From Trypanosoma brucei (Eukaryota), in the NCBI GenBank assembly GCA_000002445.1, contig CH464491.1, positions 2,528,001 to 2,592,000 on the forward strand: 64,000 nt of DNA, in the 5' to 3' direction. Under the pieces are notes generated by a model that saw nothing but the letters and a program-made list of their open reading frames with translations, had not been told where the DNA came from and searched no databases. Position numbers and translations under genes: made by a program. Positions 53,773 to 63,995 of the stretch are shown here, piece by piece; the stretch's first letter is position 1, and every line of letters begins with the position of its first letter.

Positions 53773-54396
53773 TCACAATTGAACAATGGGAGTATAACTT
53801 AATCGCCGTTTCTTTACGCACTTCCCGCCTTTATCTCCACAGACACTATTACCCCCCTGCCCTGAAGGTCCCCAGTAACTTTCAATCTTTGATACTGACA
53901 GGCAACCCGTCGCCTTAATTGGAAACTCTTCCACTACCCACGCCTCTTTTCCCACGCTTGCTGCCACGCGAGCCGCAGCAGTAGCTGACAGTTGGGATAA
54001 CGGTCCAAAATACACCAAACAATTTCCGTGGTCTTTTAGATCGCGGTAGCCGATGAAGGCCGCACCAAACTGGCTCCCGTGCCGGAGAAAGAGACCCATT
54101 TTATCTGTTAAATGTCTGTAAACACGGCAGGAAAACTCATGTCGCATACGTAGAGAGGCCCAATATTGCCTGTCCTCTGCTGTGATGAATTCGATAGAAA
54201 CGAACTCACTCAGGTACTCCAACTCCTCGACGCCTAGGTGAGGACCAGAATAGTCCTTTTTGTACATCTGCGGAAACTTTGACAAGACCGACGAGTCCTC
54301 ACATACGAACAGCGGACCATTGACACCAACTACGCGAACAATTGGATTGGGGCGGTGCTCTCCAACTCCCTCTCCTCTACCACTACCAGAAGCCAT
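53773..54396 (-). CDS. hypothetical protein of 207 aa with a tRNA-splicing-endonuclease-like (Sen15/Sen34-type) fold
   Basis: The start was trimmed to MASGSGRGEG at 54396. The segment RVYRHLTDKMGLFLRHGSQFGAAFIGYRDLKDHGNCLVYF resembles the tRNA-intron endonuclease C-terminal domain pattern vYrdLrdrGyvVrsGsKFGadFlvYr...HS.flV. Confidence 0.4.
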   Translation of the reverse strand: MASGSGRGEGVGEHRPNPIVRVVGVNGPLFVCEDSSVLSKFPQMYKKDYSGPHLGVEELEYLSEFVSIEFITAEDRQYWASLRMRHEFSCRVYRHLTDKMGLFLRHGSQFGAAFIGYRDLKDHGNCLVYFGPLSQLSATAAARVAASVGKEAWVVEEFPIKATGCLSVSKIESYWGPSGQGGNSVCGDKGGKCVKKRRLSYTPIVQL

Positions 54397-54751
54397 CAAG
54401 GTGGGCCTCCAACAACAAACACCACGGTGGGGGGGAGATATAAATAAAAATAAGAAGGAGGTGGACGGGCTGGGTGAAAAGAGGAAAAGTGGAAACACCG
54501 TCCTTTTTCAGCGAAACATCGTTTTTCATGCGACAGACCCCCCTCTTCCCCCCCCCCCCACACACACACACCTCTTCAAGAAAAAAGAAGAGCGGGGCAG
54601 AACAGATCCGATGATGAAATAAAGCACGACCCTCGTAGACTTCGTGCCCACTTTGTGCAACCGCACCACCAAAAGGAGCACAGAGTTCCTACACGCTAAG
54701 ATAAATCTAACTGCGGACGTGAGAAGATCTCATGCCCATGCGGCACGGTGA

Positions 54752-56680
54752 CTAAACCATGATGGGGTTCGTCCGACCCGTGCTCTGAGGGCGCCTGGGA
54801 TTCCACCGACCTTCGAAAATGGGCCGATATTTTACTTTCGATAAGTCGAATACAACTCCATCTTTGTTCGTTACAAACCGCTCCTGGTCATACTCCACAG
54901 GATCGCTCTCTGGTTTTCCCTCACGCCGCTCCTGCATCATGACACGCCAACGCTCATATGTATTACGGTCCATCCCGATGATGCGTCCAGTCTTAGGATC
55001 CTCCACCACCACCTCGTCGTCATTACGCTCGTGTGGAAACTTCGTGATTGGAATCGATGCGGAGTCCCACGGGGCGATATCCGGCGTTGGTGACTCACGT
55101 TTGTCCGACTTTTCACCGCGGAGCGCTTGCTGAAGGCGGCGCTCTGTCGGATCACCTGTTGGTTTGCCCTGAATCTCACGCATAGTAGTATTTTCAATAT
55201 AGTCATGCAAATGTTCCTTAGGATACCAATGGTAATACGACGGTAGCGTCTCCCACTGCACATCCTCGCCAGGTTCAATCAACGGTCGTAGCTTGGTTCC
55301 GCTCGTTCCCGGTCGCACCAACCGGCCATCACTGAGCTGGTGGTACTTTGGACCGAACCCAGTTCCCTGCATATGGCGGTACTTTTCTGCTACCTTGTTC
55401 GGTTTAAACAAGGCCGACGAGAACTGCTTAATGGGAGGAATGCCCAGCTGCGTGTCAGAAAGGGAAAACATATCGTTTTCGATAAAATCACCAAAACACT
55501 CTGTGCCATAACCGTTCGTCGGAATTGGGTTGATGACGGCCAGTGCAGCACGACGCGAAACAGACAGCTGCACGCCGAAGTGGCCACACGCCTGCGGGGT
55601 AGTGAGGCAGTGAATAATAGATCCCCGCTTCTGGAATGCTATGCGCAGCTCCTCATCAATAAAATGAAGATTTCGACCCGTCCCAAGAAATATGACGTCA
55701 GGCACCGGGTACAAGTGAAGCAAAAGCGCCAGTGTACGTTCATTAACCTCTTCGAAGCTGCTTACATTCCAGTGGTAGTACGACTTATCAGTAACAATGC
55801 AAGAACCGATTACCTCCTTGTCATTTACAAATATGCTATCCGGTGTATATGCCGTGATGCGCATCCTCGAAAGGCCCCGGGGCTCCTCGATACGAGCAGA
55901 AAATGGGTTAGCATGAAACTGGGTGGCCATCTTCTCCTCATTGTAAAACCGCTCCTGGCCCTCCCGTGTCTGTAACGAGAGGCCGCTCGCCGTCTTTCCG
56001 GACTCACGCTGCCTCTTCAACCACTGAGCGAGCGCAGCACTGTCCTGAGGACGATAACCGGGGGTTATCTTAAAAGGGTCATAAGTTGGGTCAGTTGGGT
56101 GAGGCCGGCGGCGCTTCCGCGTCTCCTCCATTTTTATCTCCGCCCGCTTTGTCTCCGCAACGAACTTACGGTATTCTGCTTCGTTCTCCACCTGCAATTG
56201 GCGCCGCATCAAGATCAACTCCTCGTCTGATTCATAATCGCTAGGCTTAGGAGGCTTCACATGTTTATTGGCGGTCCCCACATCCATATACGTCTCACGT
56301 GTCCCTGTCCCATAAAAAAGCTGACCGTCGCTAGTGGTTGGTAGCTTCTGCTCCTCCACAAGTCGTCCGGTGGTCAGCCGCTGCCCTTCCAGCCATTTCT
56401 TGTCACGCTCCGCCATGTAATCCTCAACCAACTGACCGGGGCGTATCCCTACACGGACACCACCCTCCTGCTGCAAATACGTCTTCTTGTAAGTCTCCTC
56501 ATTCATTGGGACCTCTGTCAATGGATCATCACGAGGATCTGGAACGTAACGGCGCACGAACCGCTGCACGGTGCGCCGTGCCCTCGTCTTCCAATCAATG
56601 TTGGAGTACCCACCACCTCTCTGAACCAAAGAGCAGCGCATATATAAGTGGTGCTGCTGTTTCACTGGGAGACACTGCAC
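54752..56680 (-). CDS. conserved hypothetical protein of 642 aa with an internal Mth938/NDUFAF3-like domain
   Basis: A long PTU-strand ORF. The central region DVIFLGTGRNLHFIDEELRIAFQKRGSIIHCLTTPQACGHFGVQLSVSRRAALAVI matches the Mth938-like (DUF498) pattern pevlilGtG....l.p.l...l.e.gi.ve.mdT.aAc.tyN.L..egR.vaAal. Confidence 0.6.
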   Translation of the reverse strand: MQCLPVKQQHHLYMRCSLVQRGGGYSNIDWKTRARRTVQRFVRRYVPDPRDDPLTEVPMNEETYKKTYLQQEGGVRVGIRPGQLVEDYMAERDKKWLEGQRLTTGRLVEEQKLPTTSDGQLFYGTGTRETYMDVGTANKHVKPPKPSDYESDEELILMRRQLQVENEAEYRKFVAETKRAEIKMEETRKRRRPHPTDPTYDPFKITPGYRPQDSAALAQWLKRQRESGKTASGLSLQTREGQERFYNEEKMATQFHANPFSARIEEPRGLSRMRITAYTPDSIFVNDKEVIGSCIVTDKSYYHWNVSSFEEVNERTLALLLHLYPVPDVIFLGTGRNLHFIDEELRIAFQKRGSIIHCLTTPQACGHFGVQLSVSRRAALAVINPIPTNGYGTECFGDFIENDMFSLSDTQLGIPPIKQFSSALFKPNKVAEKYRHMQGTGFGPKYHQLSDGRLVRPGTSGTKLRPLIEPGEDVQWETLPSYYHWYPKEHLHDYIENTTMREIQGKPTGDPTERRLQQALRGEKSDKRESPTPDIAPWDSASIPITKFPHERNDDEVVVEDPKTGRIIGMDRNTYERWRVMMQERREGKPESDPVEYDQERFVTNKDGVVFDLSKVKYRPIFEGRWNPRRPQSTGRTNPIMV

Positions 56681-57172
56681 CGCTCTTTGCTAAAGATTGT
56701 GTGGCAGCTTCTCGCCTGCGTATTCGTGTGTACGCGCGGACACCTCCTTCTCCTTCACTCACACGGCCGTCACTCCTACTTCGGAAACCCCCCACCACCC
56801 ACTCTTACAACCGCAGAGAAGGATGAGACCATGGAGAATAAGGTGTGCAAATTGGGAGCAAGGAGATTAAATTTAACCACGTACAAAGTGAAAAAAAAAA
56901 GAAGGGGTACCTGGAATAAATAGCCACGGACTGGGGGGATTTGTTGAAGACAAGATAACGGAGCCGCTAAAAACAGAGTTTTAGAAGAAGCAGTTAAAAC
57001 AATATTATTTCTGGACTTCCATTTGGTACCCAGATGTGAAAAAGAAAGGAACCGACGTGGTGATTCCTTTTACCTGTACGCTCTGCACATCACTACAGAT
57101 GTGTATTTTTGTTGTTGGTTTTCGCTGAAACCTCGTGTTGCCTCCACTCCCTGTCTTCACCTTACCAGCTGG

Positions 57173-58465
57173 TTATATCGCCACCGCTTCCTCTACGTGG
57201 GCCGCAACCTCCCCGGAAAAAAGAGCGGAAGGAGGACACGACCGTGTCGGTTCGTTCGGGAGAATCAAAAATCGTCGAGGAAGCGGCTCCGAAGCCGGAA
57301 CGACCGCGACCAGCTCCTCATGCTCCTCGTCGATAGCAAAGAGCAGTAGCAATCCAGCTATGGGGGCTAAGGGTACCTCCTCAATCACCTCAGCATGTGA
57401 AACCGCGCATATACAGCCTATAATAGTTGCTGAAGGTGTTACCTTGCTGCAGGTTACTCCGCTCTCGGACCTTACATACCGTACAAGCTGCACTTGCGCA
57501 AGGGGAAGTACAATTTTTGCGCAAGCAAGTGGACACTGGGGATTTCCTGAAAAGTACCCGCAGAGGCGTTGCTCCCGCACTGAACTGTTGCACCGCTGAG
57601 ACACAGGCGCCACGTAGGAAACATCACATTCAGGAAGCACACGTTGTATGTCCTCTTGCAGAACATTGGAACACAGGTCCGATTCACCCTGCGTACTAAC
57701 CATGACAACATGCGTAGGCCGCAGTAATTCAACAAGTCTGCGAAAATATACACCCTCCATCACCCCCTCCTGTGGAGAGGGCGCGTCTATTACAACGTGG
57801 GCCCGCTCAGTGTTGGCCGCACCTATTAGCGCATCGGTGCACTCGTTCAGTTGCTCCACAAAAGAAAGAAACGAAGCAACACTTTCATTGCCAGGAGGGG
57901 CTGTTTCACCAACAAAAAGTGAAAATGGCAACAACGTTGGGGAGGCGGAAGTGTCGGGCCACAGTATGTGCTCTACAAGCACAGTTGAAATGCACCCAGG
58001 CGCATAGATGGAGTTGGACTCGGCGTTAAGGTCCATCAAGAATACGGACGTGGACGCTGCCCCCAGTTCCACTGCAGAAGCATCCTCGCGGAGTATGTTG
58101 CAAATTGTGTGCGCTGTTAAAGTTTTACCACTAGCACGACGTCCAATGACGAGCACCTTACTTCGAGTCACAGTAGCAAGGGCACCACGACACAACTGCC
58201 CAACGGATGCCATGCCCGTAGCAGCCTTTGAAACCTCGAACTGCTTGGTTGACGTAGCGAGTACGCAACCACCTTCTAAGGTGTACATCACAAGCGAGTA
58301 CCGATCCGTTAAAAGACGAAAGGTAGGGGGTTCTTTAGCCTTGAGGAGCACACCGGCAACTTCAACTACTCCAGACAGCAGTTGCAACCCCACAACGCAG
58401 CTCCCAGAGAGAGTGCATTCCTCACCTGCACTTATCGTGATCTTTCGTTGGTACGGTGAGCTCAT
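57173..58465 (-). CDS. Clp1-like polynucleotide 5'-kinase (pre-mRNA cleavage factor / tRNA-splicing ligase-associated family)
   Basis: The protein is 430 aa, the size of Clp1. The N-terminus TLSGSCVVGLQLLSGVVEVAGVLL resembles Clp1 LRFEV...LLSGTAEVFGTEL. The P-loop VLVIGRRASGKTLTAHTICNIL resembles Clp1 [21 protein letters not shown]. Confidence 0.55.
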   Translation of the reverse strand: MSSPYQRKITISAGEECTLSGSCVVGLQLLSGVVEVAGVLLKAKEPPTFRLLTDRYSLVMYTLEGGCVLATSTKQFEVSKAATGMASVGQLCRGALATVTRSKVLVIGRRASGKTLTAHTICNILREDASAVELGAASTSVFLMDLNAESNSIYAPGCISTVLVEHILWPDTSASPTLLPFSLFVGETAPPGNESVASFLSFVEQLNECTDALIGAANTERAHVVIDAPSPQEGVMEGVYFRRLVELLRPTHVVMVSTQGESDLCSNVLQEDIQRVLPECDVSYVAPVSQRCNSSVREQRLCGYFSGNPQCPLACAKIVLPLAQVQLVRYVRSESGVTCSKVTPSATIIGCICAVSHAEVIEEVPLAPIAGLLLLFAIDEEHEELVAVVPASEPLPRRFLILPNEPTRSCPPSALFSGEVAAHVEEAVAI

Positions 58466-59881
58466 ATCGCACTAACTAAGCTTCTATTCACTACTCTCAC
58501 CGCCGCAACCGCGTGTAGTTATCGCGTCACCGCTAGTTACGGTGTCCCTACAACTCTGGCCGCGTCGCCTCACAACGTACAGCAACGCGATGTGTGACTC
58601 CGCGCCAAGTTCTCCGCTAGCTACATAAAAAAAAAACAAATAGGTGAACAGAAATAACGCCAAATGACATGGATAATAAAAAGTCAGTGGATGTGCAGCG
58701 CCTAAAGGGGAACTTCAGCCCCTCCCCCTTCGTCATTCAACTCTTCCCTCTTAGAGAAGGAAAGAAATAATTCGCGAGCAACGATAGGCACGCTGCAGAA
58801 CGAACCCGTGGCAGCGCAGTCGCGGCCAGGAGCCGCAGTGAAAGAAACAGGGGCCCTCAACAAACTACCAAGTTGCTTACATAAACCCAATCTGCACATC
58901 CGCAGATTAAGAAGAGAGGCTGAGCAACTTGCATGTATCTCAGTGTAAAGGTCTGTGCACCCCAAGAGTGCCAAGCGGGTTTCCGCCAAGTAATCGGCGC
59001 AGTTACCTACAATTTTTAAAAAAAGTTAAGAGGGGAAAAGGAGTTCAGACACATATACAGCCAAATAAACGACTATTCACATAACCGCATCCCCCTCCTG
59101 CTACACAACCGCTGCACAAGTACACACACTGGCACCATCCCTCATATCTCTTCCCAATCAACTTTAACAACCCCACCCAGTACGGCTGTAGAACTGCCGT
59201 AACTCTTTCCTTGCTCCTTAGCTTGGCCTCTTATGGTCCATATCCTTTTTTGTGAAAGCAACTTTAAAAGCGCACAAAACACCATTTTCTTGGCTCTTAA
59301 ACTTGACCTGTTCAAGCGGGATACCTTTGTTGTTTGGTTGCTTCACCTTTCCCACGCGTACATTGCCCTCCAAGGACAGCAACAGTAAAAGGGTTCCGAC
59401 CAATGACGTCAACGTGCTCTTTCATAGGCAGACCCAAACTGGGGCAGAGAATATAAAATACAAACTTATTTCTTTTTTTTTTAAAAGCACGGAAAGGCAA
59501 GCGCTCAAACTCCTGGTGTCCCTCTACTCCCACCTCCCCCTCCCCAAACGCACCTCCATGCCGCGCCCTCTCCATATTTTCAACTCTTCCATTTCACATC
59601 AATCGCCTCTGGCCGTTCCTTCTTATTTGCTTGACTGTCCGGTGATCCCTTCATTTATCTATAAAACCTCACGTATCCTCATTCACACACACACATGCAC
59701 GTACATACATGCGCAATTTTTTGTTGGTGTAATTATAAAAATGCGATCGCGGCAGTGAATACAGGCATCGGCGCAAAAAAAAAAAAGAGGGTGGTACTTA
59801 AAAAAAAGGTGCCTGCAGTCCCATGGCAAATATCCGACAGCACAAAAGTAAATTGATATATTTACACGCATAAATAGGCAG

Positions 59882-59904
59882 ATATATATATATATATATA
59901 TATT
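59882..59904. repeat. (AT)n microsatellite
   Basis: An atatatat run inside the 2.7 kb ORF-poor gap. Confidence 0.9.
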
Positions 59905-61168
59905 TTAAAAACACTGTGCGCCGGTATTGCAGTTACTAAAAAGAAGTTCTGAAATCGTCATCCACCTTCCTTTTCCCTGTTACCACTTGCACTACCATTC
60001 CCTCGTTACCATCCGGCATATTTCGACTCTTGGAAAATATGGATATAAAAAACTCTTCTAGCTCAATTGCAGTGGCCACAACAAATATACGCCACGTTGC
60101 CTAAGTGCAGGCACCATTCAAAGACAAGAAAGGAAAAAGGGGTTGGCCGAAAACATGTGAAGGGGAAGTACCGCACCTTCGCGCGTCGTTAGCATAGGTA
60201 AATATGGTAAAGAAAAAAGGTAGAAATCAGCAGCACGGAAGAAAAAAAAAGTTGAACTACACCATACAAGCACGCAAACATTCCACTGACTTCTTTACCT
60301 ACTGGCAACCGGAAAAAAAAAAAAGTAGGTCGTCAATAGGAACATCCCTCTCCATGGGAAGTTGCCCCCTCCCCCTTTGCGCTTCTCGATTCCCCCACAG
60401 GTGGCACAAACGGACTACAGAGTGGGCTCCCCTCCTCATCACACTCACTTCTTTTGTTCCCTACATATAAATAAACAAATATATATGTATATGTCCTGGG
60501 GGCACTGGTTTGGGCAGAGCTAAACAAGAGCCCTCCCACCTCAGGGGATTACTGTTTCTTGAAAAGTAACTCCACAAAGCCACCCATTCCAATAGTCTCT
60601 TCAGAGACATAGGAAGAGGGCGAAATGAGCGGGAAGCAATTCAACACAACATATTCAAAAACAATAGTAATAAATGAAAAGGGGTGAAAAAAAAAAAGGA
60701 GAAAGTACTAACGGAGATTGCTACTGCTTTTATGATAATCGAACGGAAAAAGGTACATCGAGCGTGGGAAACAGTGAAATAGCTACAGCACTGAACGGTG
60801 GTGGTATCCTGAGAACTATCTGAACGCACCTGCCAAACGACAAGTAGCAAACCAAAATGGGGCCGTCCCGTATTTGATGAACGTATCAGTGGGGAAATAA
60901 AGGACACATAATTCCAAACACCCGAGGGTAACGCATGACGGAAGTAGGGTTACGTACCCCTATCCCGACCATGCCTCGTCTAACCCCTCACCTTCCCACT
61001 TAAATACGCTCGCTTTCTTTTCTTCTTTCACTAGGAACCACCTCTCCGACGTCCTCGACGGCACGGAGGCAACGTCGGCATACGCTCCCCACCTGTATCT
61101 CACTCTTCGCAAAACGGTTTCTCAGGGGTATAACACAATCAACTTTAATACCACACCAACACCCAGGG

Positions 61169-61744
61169 TCATCCCAAGCATGACGGGGGTTGTGGCAACA
61201 GCCCTGAAGGCCTGTCCTGCACCACCGTCATTACACACGTGCTGTTGCTAACAACCTCACCGTTTCCCCCTCCAGTCCGTCTCGTTCCCCTACCGAGTTC
61301 AAGAAGCATCTCCTCGGCCATATACTCAAGATCTGCGTGTGCAACACTTTTGAGAGTACGCTCGACAGATCCCCAATCACGATCCAACTCACAACCACCG
61401 AGGACAGCGATAACGTCCCCACGCTTAAGAGTTAATTCGTGCATCTGGGCCCGACCCTCCTCCCCTGCACAATGGAAGGCGAGCCGTTGCGCGCGGAACA
61501 GTGAGACGGCGCACTGACCAAGCAACTCCATCCTCGCAAGCGGGGGACGACCGGTACTCAAGGGGGTGAGGCGCACCGCGACTGAGGTACCCGGGCAGGT
61601 GCAAGCAAGGAGCGCTGGTGTGCAGACAAAAGAACAACCACGATGGGCAGCGTGCGTCATCTTGACTGCCCGGTCGGCGAAGTAAAGGCCATCAAGCACC
61701 GTCGTCACCGTGGTCCTAGCGATCGCCATCCTAGGCTGTCCCAC
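61169..61744 (-). CDS. hypothetical protein of 191 aa with an SH3-like motif
   Basis: A PTU-strand ORF. ELTLKRGDVIAVLGGCELDRDWGSV resembles the SH3 core (ELSFKKGDII.VL...DDGWW). Weak support. Confidence 0.4.
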   Translation of the reverse strand: MGQPRMAIARTTVTTVLDGLYFADRAVKMTHAAHRGCSFVCTPALLACTCPGTSVAVRLTPLSTGRPPLARMELLGQCAVSLFRAQRLAFHCAGEEGRAQMHELTLKRGDVIAVLGGCELDRDWGSVERTLKSVAHADLEYMAEEMLLELGRGTRRTGGGNGEVVSNSTCVMTVVQDRPSGLLPQPPSCLG

Positions 61745-62111
61745 CGCCCTGCGTGTGCCGAGGGAGCGCTCTCTAGAAGCGCACCAGTACTATGAGATAG
61801 TGGAAAGGCAAAAAAAAAAAGGGAAAACAGTGCAAGAGCTAATCAACGACACCAAAAAAAGATCTTACACCGCAAACCCCAAGCCCGTAGACTCTTAGGG
61901 AGCAAACAATGGAACTACTTTGTGTGTGTAAGCACAGAAAGGGGGGAAGTCGAACGTAACAAACGACACCCCTATTGCCCGTCACACGTTTTGGGCCTCT
62001 TTTACCTACAATACACCTTCGTGTACTCAATCCGTCCCGGGCCTTGATGTAATAGTTCCCCCTTTCCTTATAATCTTTCTTGAAATTAAGATTCTCCATC
62101 CATGCGTCCAT

Positions 62112-63995
62112 CTATGAAACACTTTGTGAAGATGAGACAAAGCGCATCATCGCTGCCTCCGCATTTTGCAGCTGTTCCACATCACTTCGTCGCAACAATG
62201 CAATCTGGTGCTCATTCTCTAGCAGCTTGTGAATCCGTTCCAAAAGATAGGTCGCGTAAACACTGCGGCCCTCCCCCACCATATTTGTCACTGCTGCCGT
62301 GAGCGCTGTTATGACTCCACTCTTGGTTAAAACTGTGTCATCACATCGATCGTCGAGGCAGTGAAGAAACGTATCAAAAACAACAGCAGCTGGCACTCCA
62401 CTGGACCGAAGAGTATCCACAATCGTTCCAGGATCCTCTCTATTGTGCACCAAGAAAGTGACAAAAGGCAACAATGGCAGCCCTGCAGCGTAACCACCAT
62501 AGTACTCTCGCACTATACAACGCACCGCTTCAGAAGCACCTTGGCCCCCTTCGTGAACAAGGCTTGCCAGCAAGTCATGTAGCACTTGCACGGTGACTCT
62601 CTCGGGAGTCTCCGGGTGCATCTTCAGTATGTCCATCTGGACCTTGGCCCCACCGTTCCTCCTGTACACGCCAGCCAACTCAAACAGCCGACTTTCCACC
62701 ACATAAAAATGGCGCAGCTCATCCACGTGGGATTGTGTTTCTTGCCTAGGCAATTTTGAAGAACTATTGTAGTTAAAACTTTGCCCTGTCCTCTCAATCA
62801 CTTTCACTAATTCATCCTGCAGTAACAGAAGTACGTAAGTCAAGCGATCGGAATCCGTCGGGCCATACTCGAGTGCCAGATTTATGCAGCGAAGCCTTGT
62901 GGAAAGTAGCACTCGCTGCTTGGACTTCGCAATATCGCCAAACCCGCGAGCGGCCACCTGAGGACAACGCAGCCGATCCTTCCAACACGAATAAAAAAGC
63001 GCCGGGAGTGTTTGCGGCTCCCCTAGGTCATCAATATACTCTTCTATTATCTCCGCAAAACACATCAAGCGATCATCTTCAAGCGCATGACCCACAATCC
63101 AGTGAACAACATCGCGAGAAAGAGCGGGGCTACGTGCAGCAGCCTGCATGACCAACCGAAGGCAGCGCTTCACCTGCTCCGGCGATCCGTCAGCTGTATT
63201 CTGCTCAAGCAAAGATAGAAGTTCACCTATGGAGCTTTTGTCGTGCCTCAACCAACAAAGAAGAAGTCTTATTGGTACCATATGATCGGGAAAGGCCACG
63301 TTCAATCTCTCCTCTACGTAGCTAACCATTTGCTCATCTCGAAGCGATACAATGTTGTCACACGCGTACGTGAGTGCCTCATCTGCATTCCCCTTCATGA
63401 TAAGTGAATGAACACTTATTGCATGCTGGGCCTTCACAGGCAGTGCGTGTTTCATAGCTTCAAGCTGGGCCAGGGTATTTGCCCCATTGCATGCAAGCGC
63501 GGTGGTACAGAATTCACTTATTATTGCATCTGTGTCACAGCGCCACACGATATGTTCCAAACCCATTTGATTTCCGATTGATGAAGCCATGGACAGCGCC
63601 TCTTCACCACACGCGGTCAACAGCATACAATAAAGTTTACAGATGATGCACGCATCTCCCAAGCCCTTTAGGAGTGTATAAAGGAATAAAGCTTGAGTGT
63701 TAATAGCGGTGCGCGTGGTGAATGCCTGGGGAGAGCTCACCACAAAACCTTGCCACACCAAACCCATATGCTGCACTGGGTAATCAAGCCAGCCATTTAA
63801 ACGTAATAGCGACTCTATCGACCCTCGCCATTCCTCCATAAGCTTCACTGCGCCCTCCAATCTGAGCGCCAAGTCCCACGAAAAGGGCGAAGTCCACAAC
63901 CTCTCCGCTACCACAATCTGACGATGGACGAGATATAAGAGTCCCTCCGCTCCAGGGGCCACCCGCATATTGTTACTCTGAGGAAAAGGGTGCAA
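62112..63995 (-). CDS. conserved hypothetical protein of 627 aa, helical-repeat-like
   Basis: A long PTU-strand ORF starting at the ATG at 63995 (MHPFPQSNNMRV...). It is predicted all-alpha with Leu-rich repeats. No family recognised. Confidence 0.55.
   Translation of the reverse strand: MHPFPQSNNMRVAPGAEGLLYLVHRQIVVAERLWTSPFSWDLALRLEGAVKLMEEWRGSIESLLRLNGWLDYPVQHMGLVWQGFVVSSPQAFTTRTAINTQALFLYTLLKGLGDACIICKLYCMLLTACGEEALSMASSIGNQMGLEHIVWRCDTDAIISEFCTTALACNGANTLAQLEAMKHALPVKAQHAISVHSLIMKGNADEALTYACDNIVSLRDEQMVSYVEERLNVAFPDHMVPIRLLLCWLRHDKSSIGELLSLLEQNTADGSPEQVKRCLRLVMQAAARSPALSRDVVHWIVGHALEDDRLMCFAEIIEEYIDDLGEPQTLPALFYSCWKDRLRCPQVAARGFGDIAKSKQRVLLSTRLRCINLALEYGPTDSDRLTYVLLLLQDELVKVIERTGQSFNYNSSSKLPRQETQSHVDELRHFYVVESRLFELAGVYRRNGGAKVQMDILKMHPETPERVTVQVLHDLLASLVHEGGQGASEAVRCIVREYYGGYAAGLPLLPFVTFLVHNREDPGTIVDTLRSSGVPAAVVFDTFLHCLDDRCDDTVLTKSGVITALTAAVTNMVGEGRSVYATYLLERIHKLLENEHQIALLRRSDVEQLQNAEAAMMRFVSSSQSVS

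Noticed and set aside
60433-60441. C-box-like GUGAUGA on the minus strand in the 2.7 kb gap
   Set aside because: No partner D box (CUGA) lies within 60-100 nt downstream on the same strand, and the k-turn flanks cannot be paired by eye. It cannot be supported as a snoRNA.
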